Below the pieces are notes generated by a model, which made no database searches, was not told where the DNA came from, and saw only the letters and a program-made list of their open reading frames with translations. Made by a program: the position numbers and the translations under genes. From positions 1 through 64,000 of the forward strand of contig CBFFRP010000092.1 of NCBI GenBank assembly GCA_965644295.1: DNA of 64,000 bases. The letters are read 5' to 3'. This document shows positions 1 to 16,883 of the stretch, piece by piece. This stretch comes from Paraphysomonas bandaiensis (Eukaryota; Protista; Chrysophyceae). Positions within the stretch are counted from its first letter, which is position 1; each line of letters starts with the position of its first letter.

Positions 1-277
1 GTGTCCCAGATGACATCACATCACATCACATCACATGCTACTATTGATATGGTGTTGATGTGATAGAAACTAACTGCACATGGAGATGAAGTGCATGCAT
101 TTCAAAATATGTTCCTCGCACCGGACACATCTAGACATGCATGTGCGCCCAGATCGAGCACGGCGCAGCATAACATATAGAAAAACACGTACAAAAAAAA
201 TTTGAATTTGACCAAAAACGCCCCACAAGAGCGTCGAACACGCGTCATGAGTGTGTGGTGAGGACGCGGTGTGCATC

Positions 278-1140
278 ACACTACACCGCAACCACACTGC
301 ACGAGCAGTGACTACAACACGCACATCTTGACCATAATACATATGCATAACTTAACACACACACACACACATACATACATATAGAGGGATGGATCTTCTG
401 AGTCAGTATCTTCTGGTGCTTAGATGGTGACATTGTTGATGACAGTGAGGAGTGCTCAGGAGGTGTGGTTTATCGGATGAGGTGTTCATTGTTGTGTGGA
501 TCACACCTCCTGAGCACACAGACAGACACACACATACATACACACACCTCCGAATGCTGCAGAGGTCACACCACTCTCAGATGACACTTCTTACTATGTG
601 GTTCAGAGTTGCAGGCTTATAACTGCCTTCCAGGAAGGTCTTCATGACAGTGTTTGGTCACGAGGCTGTAGCACAGAGCCTCATACAGTGGATTGAGGAG
701 TGTGGACTCGTGTAGAGAGGTCCAACAAGTACAAGCAGACGAAACATTATAACATCGTTTGATTGTGCACGTTAGAACACTTCCTATTCCCCCTGCTTTG
801 AGCCCACCTGAACATTGAACCCATCATACTACACCGCAACCACACTGCACGAGCAGTGCTTACAACACGCACATCATGACAATAATATATATATATGCAT
901 AACTTAACACACCATACACATGCATACATATAGAGTGATGCATGTATCTTCTGAGTTAGTATCTTCTGATGTTAATATGGTGACATTGTTGATGACAGTG
1001 AGGAGTGCTCAGGAGGTGTGGTTTATCGGATGAGGTGTTCATTGTTGTGTGGATCACACCTCCTGAGCACACAGACAGACAGACAGACACGTACACATAC
1101 ATCAGATTGCTGCAGAGCTGATACCACTCTCAGACATGGC
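278..1140. repeat. Dispersed direct duplication (~278-580 repeated at ~828-1135)
   Basis: ctacaccgcaaccacactgcacgagcagtg...ggatcacacctcctgagcacacagacagac occurs twice, about 550 bp apart. Confidence 0.85.
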
Positions 1141-1755
1141 GACATATCCAACGACGACCCGGAGGCGGAGGAAGAGATACCACGAAAGTGCACGAGCAGG
1201 GTAAGCAATACTGCTCATAAAGATGGTGACGGGGTCGTATGTCGTATATATGCGGTATTGTTCTGATTATTGTTGTGCGTTGTTACTATACACTGCACTA
1301 ACTGTGTACATATTATGGTGTAGGAGAAGTGCAACGGGAAGAAGAATGTTGTCAACATTCGTGGCGACATATCCAACGACGACCCGGAGGCGGAGGAAGA
1401 GATACCACGAAAGTGCACGAGCAGGGTAAGTAATACTGTTCATAAAGATGGTGACGGGGTCGTATGTCGTATATATGCGGTATTGTTCTGATTATTGTTG
1501 TGCGTTGTTACTATACACTGCACTAACTGTGTACATATTATGGTGTAGGAGAAGTGCAACGGGAAGAAGAATGTTGTCAACATTCGTGGCGACATATCCA
1601 ACGACGACCCGGAGGCGGAGGAAGAGATACCACGAAAGCGCACGAGCAGGGTAAGTAATACTGTTCATAAAGATGGTGACGGGGTCGTATGTCGTATATA
1701 TGCGGTATTGTTCTGATTATTGTTGTGCGTTGTTACTATACACTGTACTAACTGC
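1137..1755 (+). repeat. 225-bp tandem repeat (~2.7 units) with exon-intron structure
   Basis: tggcgacatatccaacgacg at 1137, 1362 and 1587; each unit has GTAAG...TAG plus a 102-nt open exon-like block. Confidence 0.9.
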
Positions 1756-2279
1756 TTATGATCCTTCACCTGCTTATGATCCTCCACCTACTAGCAATGT
1801 GCCCCCAGCGGCTGTTGCCGCGTCGTTTCCGAGCATAGGTACTAATACTACTGTAAGTAGTAGTGGTAAAGATGGCTATATGCGTATGCAATGTATCCGA
1901 AATCAGGCTATTCGGTTGGAGCGTTTGCAGTCTCAAGCGAAGCAGGTGTAGCTATATGAGAATATGATATTACAAAACACAAGTAATAATAGCAGGGCCA
2001 ACTTTTAACGCAATAAATACTGCTAATAACAACTATACTTGCGACTTTTTCTTTATCTTTAACCTCTCAGATACAAATTACAGTAAAATAATAACTCAAT
2101 ACTTATATATGAAACCTGGTGAAATTGCTTTACCAGGTTTTGGTATTACCTCGACTTTATATAACAGTCTACGAATCGTAAGTAACTACGTTACTACATA
2201 TCATCTTCCTTTTCGCACTCCACGGGGACATCAGAGGATCATCTATCTTCTTGCTGCACTTCATGTCGAGTGTTTGCAT

Positions 2280-3600
2280 CCAACTACATGTAATTGGTTA
2301 GTAGGAATAGCAACGACTCTAGACGGTATGGATTCATGTTTCTATACGCTAAGGTGTCATAATCAACTTTTCATGACTAAAGATCCTCTCAACAAAAACA
2401 TTAGATTGTGCTTCGATATGAAGCAAGCTGCGGCAGTTGGACTCATATAAGTACTAAGCCGCAGGGGGAGATAATAATGTATTGCAATATATTGCCAGCA
2501 AAAATAAATAATAATAATAAATATAATATTTTAAAGACCAATAATAATATTAAATATGTTGCAATATATTGCAATATATTGATATAGCTATATTGGGCGC
2601 TAAGAAGAAAAAATTAGCTCGATCGGCAGTAAGGCAGTAACTAGTTTAAAAGAGGGTACAATACATAATGATGAATATCCAATAACAATGCAGCAACTAG
2701 TACTCTTCATCACTGTTGTCCTTATTCTCGTCCTGATCAGACGGTCCATGATGCACAGTCTTTGCGGTCCACAAGCGCTTGTTGAAGCAAAGAAACAACA
2801 GCCGTTCAAGGCGTCGTGGAATCATTCCTTGTCGCAAGTGGGTCATGATAATCTTGGCTCTGCTGAACAAACGCTCCACAACATTTGTTGTACTGTATAC
2901 GTGCTTTGTCGATCGGCACTTGATGTCAAGCTGTCGTCGTAACTTCTTGCTGTCTCTATGGCTTTCAAAAGAAGCAGCGTTTCTTACATTAGCCACTTCG
3001 ACGGCACTATCCGGTGAATCAGCTTCTTCTGCATTCATTCGAAATCTTGCAACCGCTGCTCTCTCTTGACGAGTCAGAGATTCCTCGTATCCATTCTGAA
3101 TCTTCACAATGGCATTTTCGAAAGTAGAGTTTTGAACGATATCAGCATCTATGGAGATGTTTTGGCAGCTCTGACTTCAAATTTTCTTCTACTCTCTCTA
3201 ATCGCATCCATATACTTCAAAAGAATGCTATTACTAAATTTTCTGTAACTTGCAGTTACTCCCGGTTAGAGGTTAGTCAACTAATAAATATAAAGGGAAG
3301 ATTGTCCATGATGATCCATTCTAACCACTTATAGATATTCTCCTTGACTGATACTTCGCGTGCATAAAAATCTACCAACGTATTTGCAGCACCTCCATGA
3401 GGGTGAACAACTGCTTCCCAGCCGCTATGAGACTTTACATATGTGAGCAAGGAGATTGAAATCCAATATAGTTTTACCTGGCCCTGCTAAGACGAGCTCT
3501 CTTGGTGACCTCGTCACTGTTCAGAACATTTTCGTCGTCGTTATTTCTGTCGGATGAGCTAACAGCAATGGAGGAATCCAGTTGCAGAGGACGATGTCTA
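2280..3600 (-). mobile_element. hAT family-B relic (same family as 36869-37958), split by a younger hAT insertion
   Basis: 2280-2453 and 3495-3560 are reverse-complement homologous to contiguous sequence at ~37470-37720. Confidence 0.75.
2462..3486 (-). mobile_element. Non-autonomous hAT element with transposase C-terminal dimerization domain relic
   Basis: CAGGG...CCCTG termini; 8-bp TSD ctaagccg/ctaagacg; ORF 2697-3107 has STTNVVERLFSRAKIIMT...LERLLFL. Confidence 0.8.
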
Positions 3601-5305
3601 ATTTCTCTTCTTGCCTGTCAACTCTCTTTCATCGTTCCATTATATTTTAGACACTACCTTCTTAAAATTTTCACTGGCAACGATGCTTGCATTCGTCGGG
3701 GAAATGTATGGATGAAACGTTTTGTAGAGATAATGTATATTCCAATGTGATAGTAGGGAAATGAACTATTATGCTTGCTGCTGAAAATGAACAGAGTTGC
3801 CAGAAAGTTGCCGTAGAGTTGTAAAAAGATTGCTTGACATTGTTTTGAGTTTATTCGGAGTATAGAAAATATACTATATACTTTGAAAAGTCGTAACTAA
3901 CTCGCTATATACATATTAAAGGTATATGGCACATATCGCTCAAGTAACTTTTATAATTGTTTCATGAAGCTGAAACATAGAACATAGATTTTCATAAGAA
4001 CTCCAGCACGGAATACTAACGTGCTGGGATTTAAGCGGTGTCCCTAGTAATGAACAGGTTTTGTGTCAGTTACAAGCCTTAATATATAATTACGCCTTTT
4101 GAAATATTTTCGTTGTGCACTGTTCTATATTGTGTATTGTGCCATGTTGCGAAAAAGTATAAACATTACATAGTGTGCGCATAATCGCCACGGATAAATC
4201 AACTATACAATACACATGGCGATGCAACACAGTACTATGACACTGCACAATCTACTTCTTTCCCATACTATCCACATCATTCTCACGCCGACCTTTCAAA
4301 AACTCTTTCGGTACTGGTTCAGCAGCTGGATGTTGCATATCTAAACCAAGTTTTTCTTTCAAAAATCGACGATTCTCATCCATCGTATGTGGATTTACAT
4401 AGTATGCAGTCATCACAATAGGCCCTATATGTATAATGTAAGATATAATAAACTCTTAAGGTTATGAACACACCAGCAATATAAAGAGAGAACTTAAATA
4501 TCTCTAAAATATGATTACTTCTCCAAAATGCCCGACTTTTTACCATGATATATTCTGATTTATTAAAGTTGATAGTAAATATGTTAAAGTATGACTATAT
4601 ATGTATCATCACTTGCTCTGTTGTCTTGATAGGAGTGCAGTACGCACTCTGTACTACTATGCACTATACAGCATGTTCACTCTGTACTATACTGTCTACT
4701 GCATATGCCTATATTCGTATAGGTTCACCATACAAAATACAGTGTCTGGATTCCTATTCAGAATTTCACACTGCATTTTTTTACTGAATTTCATATACTA
4801 AATTATGAAAATGTCATATTTTCATGATTCAGTATTCATAAATCCTGTGTTTCTTATAAGGACAGTCCCTACAACGACAGTCTCATGCTACAATCAACAA
4901 GATATAGAAGATGATGCATATCTACCTCGCTTCACATGTCCTATCTCAGGTCTAGTTCTGGGAGTAATCCCTGTGATGTACTCATTGTATGAATAGGATT
5001 ATACCTCTTTTGTAGGTAGTATTAATACCAATACTGTGCGTGCATGTCTAGTAGATGTTTGTTATCATATCGGTATATATATACTTAACACTATTATAAT
5101 CATATACCACTTATAGTTGAGGCTACTTTGAAGCTTATAATAAAGCTCTCCCTCCTTCTCCCTCTGCGTAAAAATTTCGACTTTCAAAAACGTAGGGGAT
5201 ACATTTGGGAGTTACAGCACAGTACGTATTATAGCATCTAACTATAGTTATATTTCCCCTTTACATAAGAGAGCCATTGTTAGTTGTAAGTCACCGGACA
5301 TATAA

Positions 5306-5782
5306 TTATATTTAACCACGGGCAATAAGGAGGCTACATTATCCCGTGCGCAATATTCTTACCTCTATGTTAAATTGTAGTTTATCCTCATAATGTTGAA
5401 ATCAAAATATTTAGAATGTATAGCTATTGTAGCTTGCCTGCTGTATGAAGGAATAGGTGCTCTCTGATAAACATGAGGAAAACTAATCACCTATACAGTA
5501 TCAAGTATCAGAAGTGGAATTTAACTCTCCAGAAATCTTATTGAGGCTACAGTCATTATGAACTTCTACAGGCTACAGCTGACGAAGTATGGAAGATGAC
5601 ATGCGCGCAGTGAACATAATAAAACCACGTACATATTACTGTCAATATTATAATTAAGACAGAAGTGAGCTTTTGTTGTGCCTAATATTGGGGTGAATTT
5701 GAATGTCTTTATTTGTCCGGTACTAATACGAGCATTCTGTTGAGGCCAATTCAGGTCAAAGAAAAATACAAGATGGGGATAA
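5306..5782 (+). mobile_element. Hairpin-headed non-coding repeat family, internally deleted copy 1
   Basis: Begins ttatatttaaccacgggcaataaggaggcta and ends atggggataa, like 49891-50742. Confidence 0.75.
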
Positions 5783-6244
5783 ACGCGTATCCCATGTATT
5801 CACTAATCGTACTGATAGTAAGATAATATTTTTTTAATGTAGTTGGTAGTTGAAGTTGATTGCGTTCTATGATGAAACACAAAGACACAAAGTGTATGCA
5901 TTTTTGTGGTGTATGCTGGGATGCAGTTGAGAATTGGCCAGAACAATGGTATAACATCTGTGTTGGGTATTGTGAGTGGTTATACTTGATAATAAACAGT
6001 TTATGAACATCAAGTAGTCGTAATACTTGACATTATAAATTGTAACATACTCTTTGCTCTGATGCATAATTGTATTGTATCAGCAGCAGATACATACGCA
6101 AAACGACATTTCCTAATTTTTTAGTTTGAAGTCAATGAAATTTTATTACTTTAAATATATACTCAGCTAGTTGTCTATGCTAACAGAGAATTAGAGAATG
6201 ATTACTTGTTAGTTAGACATTCGGCTGATTTTGCCAAACAGAAT

Positions 6245-6822
<578 letters not shown>

Positions 6823-7066
6823 AAAGCAATTATAGTAACAGGTACTGTTGACAGTGTGTTATATTTCGATGATTCGATTCTTCTGACAATAATTCGATTG
6901 CTGTATGCAGTATCGGCATCCTTTGTATATTTTTGTTCAAAGATGCCTCTAATATTGAGACAACAATTATTTGTATTCCAGCCGTAGTTGTATTGCATTA
7001 CTATAGATAATATATGATTCAATTCATTCCCGAAAAATAAGATGCTGACTGCCGGGCCGCGAAGAT

Positions 7067-7274
7067 ACATACACATACATACATACATACATACATTCAT
7101 ACATACATACATACATACATACATACATACATACATACATACATACATACATACATACATACATACATACATACATACATACATACATACATACATACAT
7201 ACATACATACATACATACATACATACATACATACATACATACATACATACATACATACATACATACATACATAC
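7067..7274. repeat. (CATA)n microsatellite array
   Basis: About 50 near-perfect tetranucleotide units. Confidence 0.98.
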
Positions 7275-7640
7275 AGCAGGGTATACGTCGTTGTACGGCT
7301 AAGTTCGTGAGAAGTTCAAGATCAATTCTAGACTTCTTTTTTGGAATGGGATCATAGCATAGCCACCAGTTAACCGTTATTTTAGGCCTTACTATATCAA
7401 ATCAAATGCTTTTCAAGTTTTTTGATTGGCTAATTACAAGTCGATATCCAATGCTTTTAATGACGATGTGATATGACTTGAGGTGCGATGGCATACAAGA
7501 GAACACGATATGACACCATATAGCTATGATCTAACCGCACGACACTATATCTTTCTGTCACAGTCGATCTTGTTTGCGATTGTTACTTGAATTAAGATAC
7601 TGTGATTCGCACCTCATCTCACGAAGTAATCGAGAACCTT

Positions 7641-8084
7641 ATGGATAATAATCATGTAAGGAAGAAGAGGAAGCGCTCTCCTACGGATGAAAACAATTCC
7701 CAGGAAAGTGTACGGTCTGTAACTGTGTTTCAGAGCAACTCTGAACCAATTGACCCGAATAATTACTCGGTGTTGAACTTGCAGCCCAGTCACAAGAAAG
7801 CAGTACACCACAAGGATATTCCTGATATTCTGAGTATATGGAAGACCAATTCACTGCCGCATATTCCCTCGCATTCACAATACTCCCCGTGCACTACCAG
7901 TGAACCTTCTACACTATCCATTGTGGCACAAAACCTTTCATCTTACTCGCATATGGACCAATACTGTCCCCAAGAGTCATCATATTCGAAATATGATGAA
8001 ACATTGTTTGCTATGGAGCAGTTTTTTGAGAGACAGGTGTCGGCTTTGCGGGATGATGATAAGGGCAATATCTCCATTGTTTGA
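7641..8084 (+). CDS. Hypothetical Ser-rich protein with basic NLS-like motif
   Basis: Open frame from MDNNHVRKKRKRS; divergent from HINT across the microsatellite; no family recognised. Confidence 0.4.
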   Translation: MDNNHVRKKRKRSPTDENNSQESVRSVTVFQSNSEPIDPNNYSVLNLQPSHKKAVHHKDIPDILSIWKTNSLPHIPSHSQYSPCTTSEPSTLSIVAQNLSSYSHMDQYCPQESSYSKYDETLFAMEQFFERQVSALRDDDKGNISIV

Positions 8085-8648
8085 CGCCCGTAATTTTGAT
8101 GCATATTTAACTCATGATCTACTATTAACGGGATGATAGACGCAATGCTTCCGCAACATGATGCCTTTGCCTGTATTAGATTATATTCTGTCAGTACATG
8201 ATAGAATGAAGTGACATTAATATGGACACTAGTTCAGGACGTTTGAAGTTATATATATTTCATTTTAGTTGTATGTTGCTTCTCGGCTGCTAAATAATTA
8301 TATCATATATTAGTATTGCTGGAAAGACATGATATTATACCAAGACTTGAAGCAGCTGTAGAGCAGAACGGGGCCTGGCAACCGTCAATGGTAATGTCAT
8401 TATAAATACCAGAACATCTTTCATTAATGCCACTATCATTTCCGGGAACTGGGCACCCAGTAATAGAATTTACTGGTGCTTGATATATAGAAATAAGTGT
8501 TTTTAAGATGCAGTATCTCTTCTATATTCCGAAGAAATTCAAAACAAAGTTAAGCAATGTTTATGCAACTCTACAGCTACTTTGTGGCAACGTTTTTCAA
8601 TGTCAGCCACAAACTTAATGCTAAAGGAGTTAGAAAAAAGTTATATAG

Positions 8649-8755
8649 AAAGTCTTATTACTTAGCAATAGGCGTTAAAAACCTGCACCAATGTAGTGGC
8701 TAGTTGAATGCTAGACATACTATTTAGACCTCTACCCATAACTAATCAGCACAAA
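8649..8755. repeat. ~105-bp dispersed repeat (inverted copy at ~46032-46138)
   Basis: gaaagtcttattacttagcaataggcgttaaaaac...ctacccataactaatcagcacaa; reverse complement present near 46.1 kb. Confidence 0.8.
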
Positions 8756-8769
8756 TTCCATTATCCTAC

Positions 8770-9640
8770 TATTTAGCGCTAGAGAAGCTGCTTGGTCGCC
8801 GCAAGCACCAAGGTGCGACCACTTCCGTTCTTAAGGTTGATTGAGAGTTGAGAGTTTCGCCCTGGTCGTGTGTCCTAGGAGTCACTAGCATGTGTTGTCA
8901 GGGGGGTCTCCCCTTGGGATGAGATTCCACCAGGCTCTGAGGTACAGGGTTCTGTACTAAGGTCCGGAGTGTACCGAGTGCTAGATGTGTGTGCTGAGAG
9001 GTGGGTGGTGTGGTGGAATGTGGCGTTGTTTCAGTGCACCGTTTGGGCGTCAGGCATGGGTGGAGTTGCCGGAGACGGCGTTGTTGTCTGGGGCCTGAAG
9101 GGTTCATGCGGGCCGGTGATATGTTCCTGTATGTATGAGTGGTGGGGTTCGTGTGGGCGGTGGGCGGTGGTCCAGTCTCGGGTCGTCTGTGGACTCCTAG
9201 TAATCGTAGCACCCTTGGGCGTTTCCATTTCTGTCTACGTTTTTGACGCGGTCGCGGGTGTAGCCTAGGGGGTCCTTTGTGTAGGGTAATGTATCGTCGA
9301 CTTCGATCTTGAATCATGAGCTTTGCTGCAGCAAAAAGCGGGAGAAGCAGGCTAATGACCGCTGATTCAAGGTTGCGCAGACCTTGAGATGTCAAGGACT
9401 CATGGATGTGATCTCCAAAAACGTCTCGAGTTGTGCAGTGGTGATGGTGCCTGTTCAGAATCTCTCCACCTGTGGTAAGGAGGGGTTCCAGGCCCTGCTG
9501 GAGAGCCGCTGTAGCGCATTGGTAGTCCAGTGGGGTAGGTCCTGATTTCTCAGGGTCTCTTGAAGCGCGTTTTTGTGACTCCTGTATCTGAGTGATGGTG
9601 TCATTTGTGTGAAAAAAGTTGCTTGAGGACCAACAAAGTA
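8770..9640 (-). mobile_element. 5'-truncated non-LTR (LINE-like) retrotransposon 3' end, degenerate
   Basis: Pro/Thr-rich frame ending PKGRPP followed by a gcacc-tt-ggtgc stem; same architecture at 56060-56700. Confidence 0.55.
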
Positions 9641-10422
9641 CAAACTCATATACCCAAAAAATTAAAAAATTTTAACTAGAAAACATTCATAAAAATACAC
9701 CTTTTCCCCAAGTTTGAAAGAAGCTGAAAAGCCAAGCAAAATAATTATATGATACCATATTATGTTAATGAACGATAATGGCTAAAAATATTAATGAAAG
9801 TACAATTTACAGAGTCTTCTTCCCAGTGGATTCGGAGAATACTTTGTATCATACTTATTTGTTCGTTGTGCAATGATCGCGGCATCCATAGAATGCAAGC
9901 ATTGTTGCCAGTGCAAATTTTCTATAAAGGTAGCTGCTAAAGTTCAAGGGAATGATGAAAAAGAGTTTTTTCCCACTGAACCGGATGATTCTTTTCCAAG
10001 CAGTTCCCCAACTAATATATATACTGTAAGCGTGAAGTCATAAATGTACATGATGTACTAATAATATATTAGCAATATATCAGGTCTGGTATTTATAAAA
10101 TATATAACATCGCGCCCATTACACTGTCTGTGATGATAAAAACAGTTTTCTACCTCCTCTCTAATTTCTCAGTCAGACATAACATCCTGATCTGACTGAT
10201 TGATTCTGTCCTCGTGGAATCAATAGGCAACGATGATTTTCGAGTTGGCCCAGAATAGTCTACACACTTGCAAAGAATCGTATCAGCATAAAAAGTAGAC
10301 CAACAAACCAATTGCATAAACTTCGTGGTCTTAGATACTCGAACGTGATCCCATCGTATCATAGGATAATAATAATGTCAAGTAATATATTTCAAATCAA
10401 ATTAAGTTAAGAAGTTCAGTAC

Positions 10423-10678
10423 TGCCCCATTCAGAGCGCCTGGTGGGGGCTGGGTGGATACCTAACTAAAATACTTGATTTGCTAGCTACCTACTGAACC
10501 CAACTAGCTACATCATTATCACACGGTATTCAGCACTGAATATGCAGTGAGAACCCGGGTGGGGTAGCGCTGAACTAAGCAATAATGTAAACATAGGTAG
10601 AAGTGCGTGGCCGCAGCACTCGGCAGCACCCACTTGGGGGCCGCACGCAGTGATTTGTTATGCTGGCAGTATGGGGCA
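10423..10678. mobile_element. 256-bp TG...CA element (Ginger-type MITE or solo LTR)
   Basis: TIR tgccccat/atggggca; exact 5-bp TSD agtac; second copy at 36011-36294. Confidence 0.88.
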
Positions 10679-11536
10679 AGTACATGCAATGCATTATGTG
10701 TCATCGACATGCAATAACACACGATAATTTGGTTGCATAATGAAGGCCATACTATACAGAAACTACTTCGTTGATGTAAATGTCTGTATAATATAGCAAG
10801 ATTATCAAAATGATGGGTTGAATAGATGAATATAATATTAGGGCAGCGCTTCAACTAATTGACGCAGGTTGTAGTCAATTATATTTTCAATTCTTACTAC
10901 ATAATTATTACGATTAACATACCTAATAGTACTAAAAAGAATAGTACTTCATTTATCAAAACAATATATATTATGTAATACTTATGAAAAAATGATTTGC
11001 CCTCTTACTGCTACTGTCAACAAATTCATCGTCATGAGCAACATGGGTGTAGCTGCCAGCTACACTGTGTTCGAACTACATGAGCTCTTCAACATTACGA
11101 CATAAGTCTACCAACACAACCATCAAAAATATTTCCCCAGTCTTCGTGGCTTCCTTGACTCGAGCATCACCCCTGAACTTTCATTTAGTGTAGTGTATAG
11201 CAACAACCTTAGAATATATCTTTCAATTGCTTTTAAAAGAGAAATACACAACAATAGGTACATCCTATACCAACCTCACTAAATTAGTAAAATGCCTAGT
11301 CAAATCATATTTGTTGCCACTACAGTTTTTAGCATTGTTTTAAACTAGTCAAAAAAAACTTGTAAGAATTGATCACAAAATTATGTTATTACAACCGTTT
11401 CTAAAAATCAGGTTCGTAAAACTTTAAAAATAAGATCGAACCATAAAGAGCAGGATGCTCACAAATACGAACATCTCGAAAAATCAAAATCTTTAACTCA
11501 AACAACAATTGTAACAACAAATATTACTCTCATGAC

Positions 11537-12985
<1,449 letters not shown>

Positions 12986-13095
12986 TTAAAGAGATTTTGT
13001 TCTTTTTCATGTTTTGAATTTTCAATAAAGTATAGATTTTATCGTAGACGACTGATATGATGGACACCATATAAAACACACAACTCAAAACATAA

Positions 13096-14586
<1,491 letters not shown>

Positions 14587-14794
14587 GCATAATATCGTGG
14601 GATGTTATTTGTATGTTGGGTTGTGTTACGTGTATTTTAGTTGACTACTCTAATATCTAATAATGAGGTGTTGTCTTCTACAATATTATCTTTTTATGTC
14701 TATTTTCAGTAACACATCAGTATTTAGCATTTACTTCACTAGAAATATGAAAAGTTACCTTTCGATACTTTTGTGACAGTATGTTTATATTGTT

Positions 14795-16879
14795 CCACGC
14801 GGGGACAGTATATTGATTGTCGTACTGGTCAAATATTCCATCAATAGTGTTTCTGTTAAAAGAGCTCACAATAATATTACAATATATTGTAATCAATATT
14901 ATGATAGTCATATAAGAGAAGAGAGAAGATTCTCAACTGTAGGGTGCAAAATGGATATAAATAACCGAGAAATAGATTACAACATTATAAAGGATAATGA
15001 AGCTGATGTTGACTATTATGCAACTAAAAATCTTCAGTCAGCTCAAAAAATTAAGAAACGTTAAGTCATTAACGGTTTCTTGGTCCTGGTATATACTTCC
15101 AATGCATGGGAACGTCTGGGAAAAATTTAATTTTGGCCCTTTTTGGCCCTCGGCCCGCTAGGGCCCTCGGCCCGCATTTGGCCCTCTACTACAACTAACA
15201 ATAATAACAATAATTCTTAATTAAAAACACACACAACACACACTACAACCACAAGCAACAATAACGCACAAAGCAAAGGGCAGTATTACGCACAAAGCAA
15301 AGGGTCAAATTTAGCAAGAGTTATTAATATCTTAAGCAAGAGCAACTTTATACCAAAACATTTTTCGGAGCTGGGGGCTCCCCACGCTTCGACTCTACGA
15401 GCCGGCGTCCACTGCCCCCAGGCCCCCGCCCCTAAACAACGCCGGGGCCGGCCCCACCGGCCCTATTCCGGCGTTTGGCGCCGGTCTGAGCCCTGCCGGC
15501 GGCAACACAGCATGTCTCAATCTCCTCGGTGAAAGCACAGTCTTCGGCTGTCACTGTAGACTCCTTGCCACATCCAGTGTATTTCACTATCTCCTCAATT
15601 GAAATACAATCATCAGTGGGTACATCGACAACATATCCATTCTGCAGTCGGCACTGCTCGCGATAGCCAACGATGGACCCCTCGTAAAATCCAACTCTCA
15701 CCACCTCGTACATGCACCCATCCTCAGGATCATAGTGGCTCTTCCCAATCAAAAACTTGTATTGGTTGAGCTGCGCAAACTTAGTCCTTTGGACTGACCT
15801 GTCCATTTCAAATGCAGCGTAGTCCTCTGGCAATGTGAATTGCTGGAATGGCAGATGTTTCGGCCGGGATGCATGACCCCTGAGAATTTTGTTTCGAAGT
15901 TCGACGTATTCTTGACTTAGCTTCCGAATAGTACTCACATATAACACCACGGAAGGATGCGCAGTGGGAAAAGCCTCGTTCAGCTTTCTGTTAAACCTTT
16001 CCAGTGGATTGTTGGTTCTATTAATCAAGCGGGATGTTGATGACTCGTCTGTTACAATGCCATGCACATTCCAATCATTAGGATCGTACGAGAGCATCCA
16101 GGTCTTCACGAAGTATTTCCAGAATATGTCAAACTTGGCTCGGTGAACACCTTCGTCAAAATGTTGGCGCACATATGGTATCCCTTTAGGCTCAATATCT
16201 TCAATAGGAATTGTTAATAGAATCGCCTGCTTGATGACAAAATTATTAATGAATTTGTATTAAGTTTTCAAAAAGTCGAAATTAAAAACTAATCACATTA
16301 GTTTTTTCAAAACTCGAAATCTTTAAAAGACAATAACTGAAATAATATAACAAATCAAAATCTTCAGGAGGCAAAAACTGAAAAAAATTAATTTTAGAGG
16401 GCCCGCGGGGGGCCGCGGGCCCGCGAGGGCCGAGGGCCCTGGCGGGCCGCAAAAAAACCTTATCAACGTCTGTTCAGCACAGCTAAACATATTATATCAG
16501 TGTTGCGCAAAAGTATCCATCCTACTTAATAAGCTATTCGACAGTTAGGGCCGGATACTAGCATATTTCAATTAATTCTGTGGATGAATATGGTGATGTT
16601 GACCTCACCGATGATGGCTCAGAGGATGAGGATGAGGATGAGGCGGATTTTTAGTAGCTATAAGCAGCAGTTGGTTTGGTTGTCATGTGATCTTAATGAC
16701 TAATACTAAAAATGAAACCTACGGATGTGTTTACCTACTGATTAGCCATACTAATATATTGCAATACATTGACAATATATTGCAATATATTGTAGTTGTA
16801 TTGTAGGACCGGTTTAAAAAATCCATCAATAGTATTGATGGAACGCTATCTAACAATAGTATATTGTTCCCTATCCCTG
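14795..16879 (+). mobile_element. Degenerate hAT element interrupted by a MULE
   Basis: caatatattg subterminal repeats like 2462-2590; ends CCCTG; SNAWERL|FSTAKHIIS motif split by the insertion; left boundary approximate. Confidence 0.65.
15119..16464 (-). mobile_element. Mutator-like (MULE) deletion derivative with transposase C-terminal part (15432-16190)
   Basis: FWKYFVKTW...WNV...NRTNNPLERFNRKLN motif; GC-rich inverted subterminal repeats (ggcccgcYagggccctcggccc); 8-bp direct flank aacgtctg. Confidence 0.82.
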
Positions 16880-16883
16880 GTTC

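Noticed and set aside
1137-1755. CRISPR-like array
   Set aside because: Whole 225-bp units repeat with no unique spacers; eukaryotic context, no cas genes
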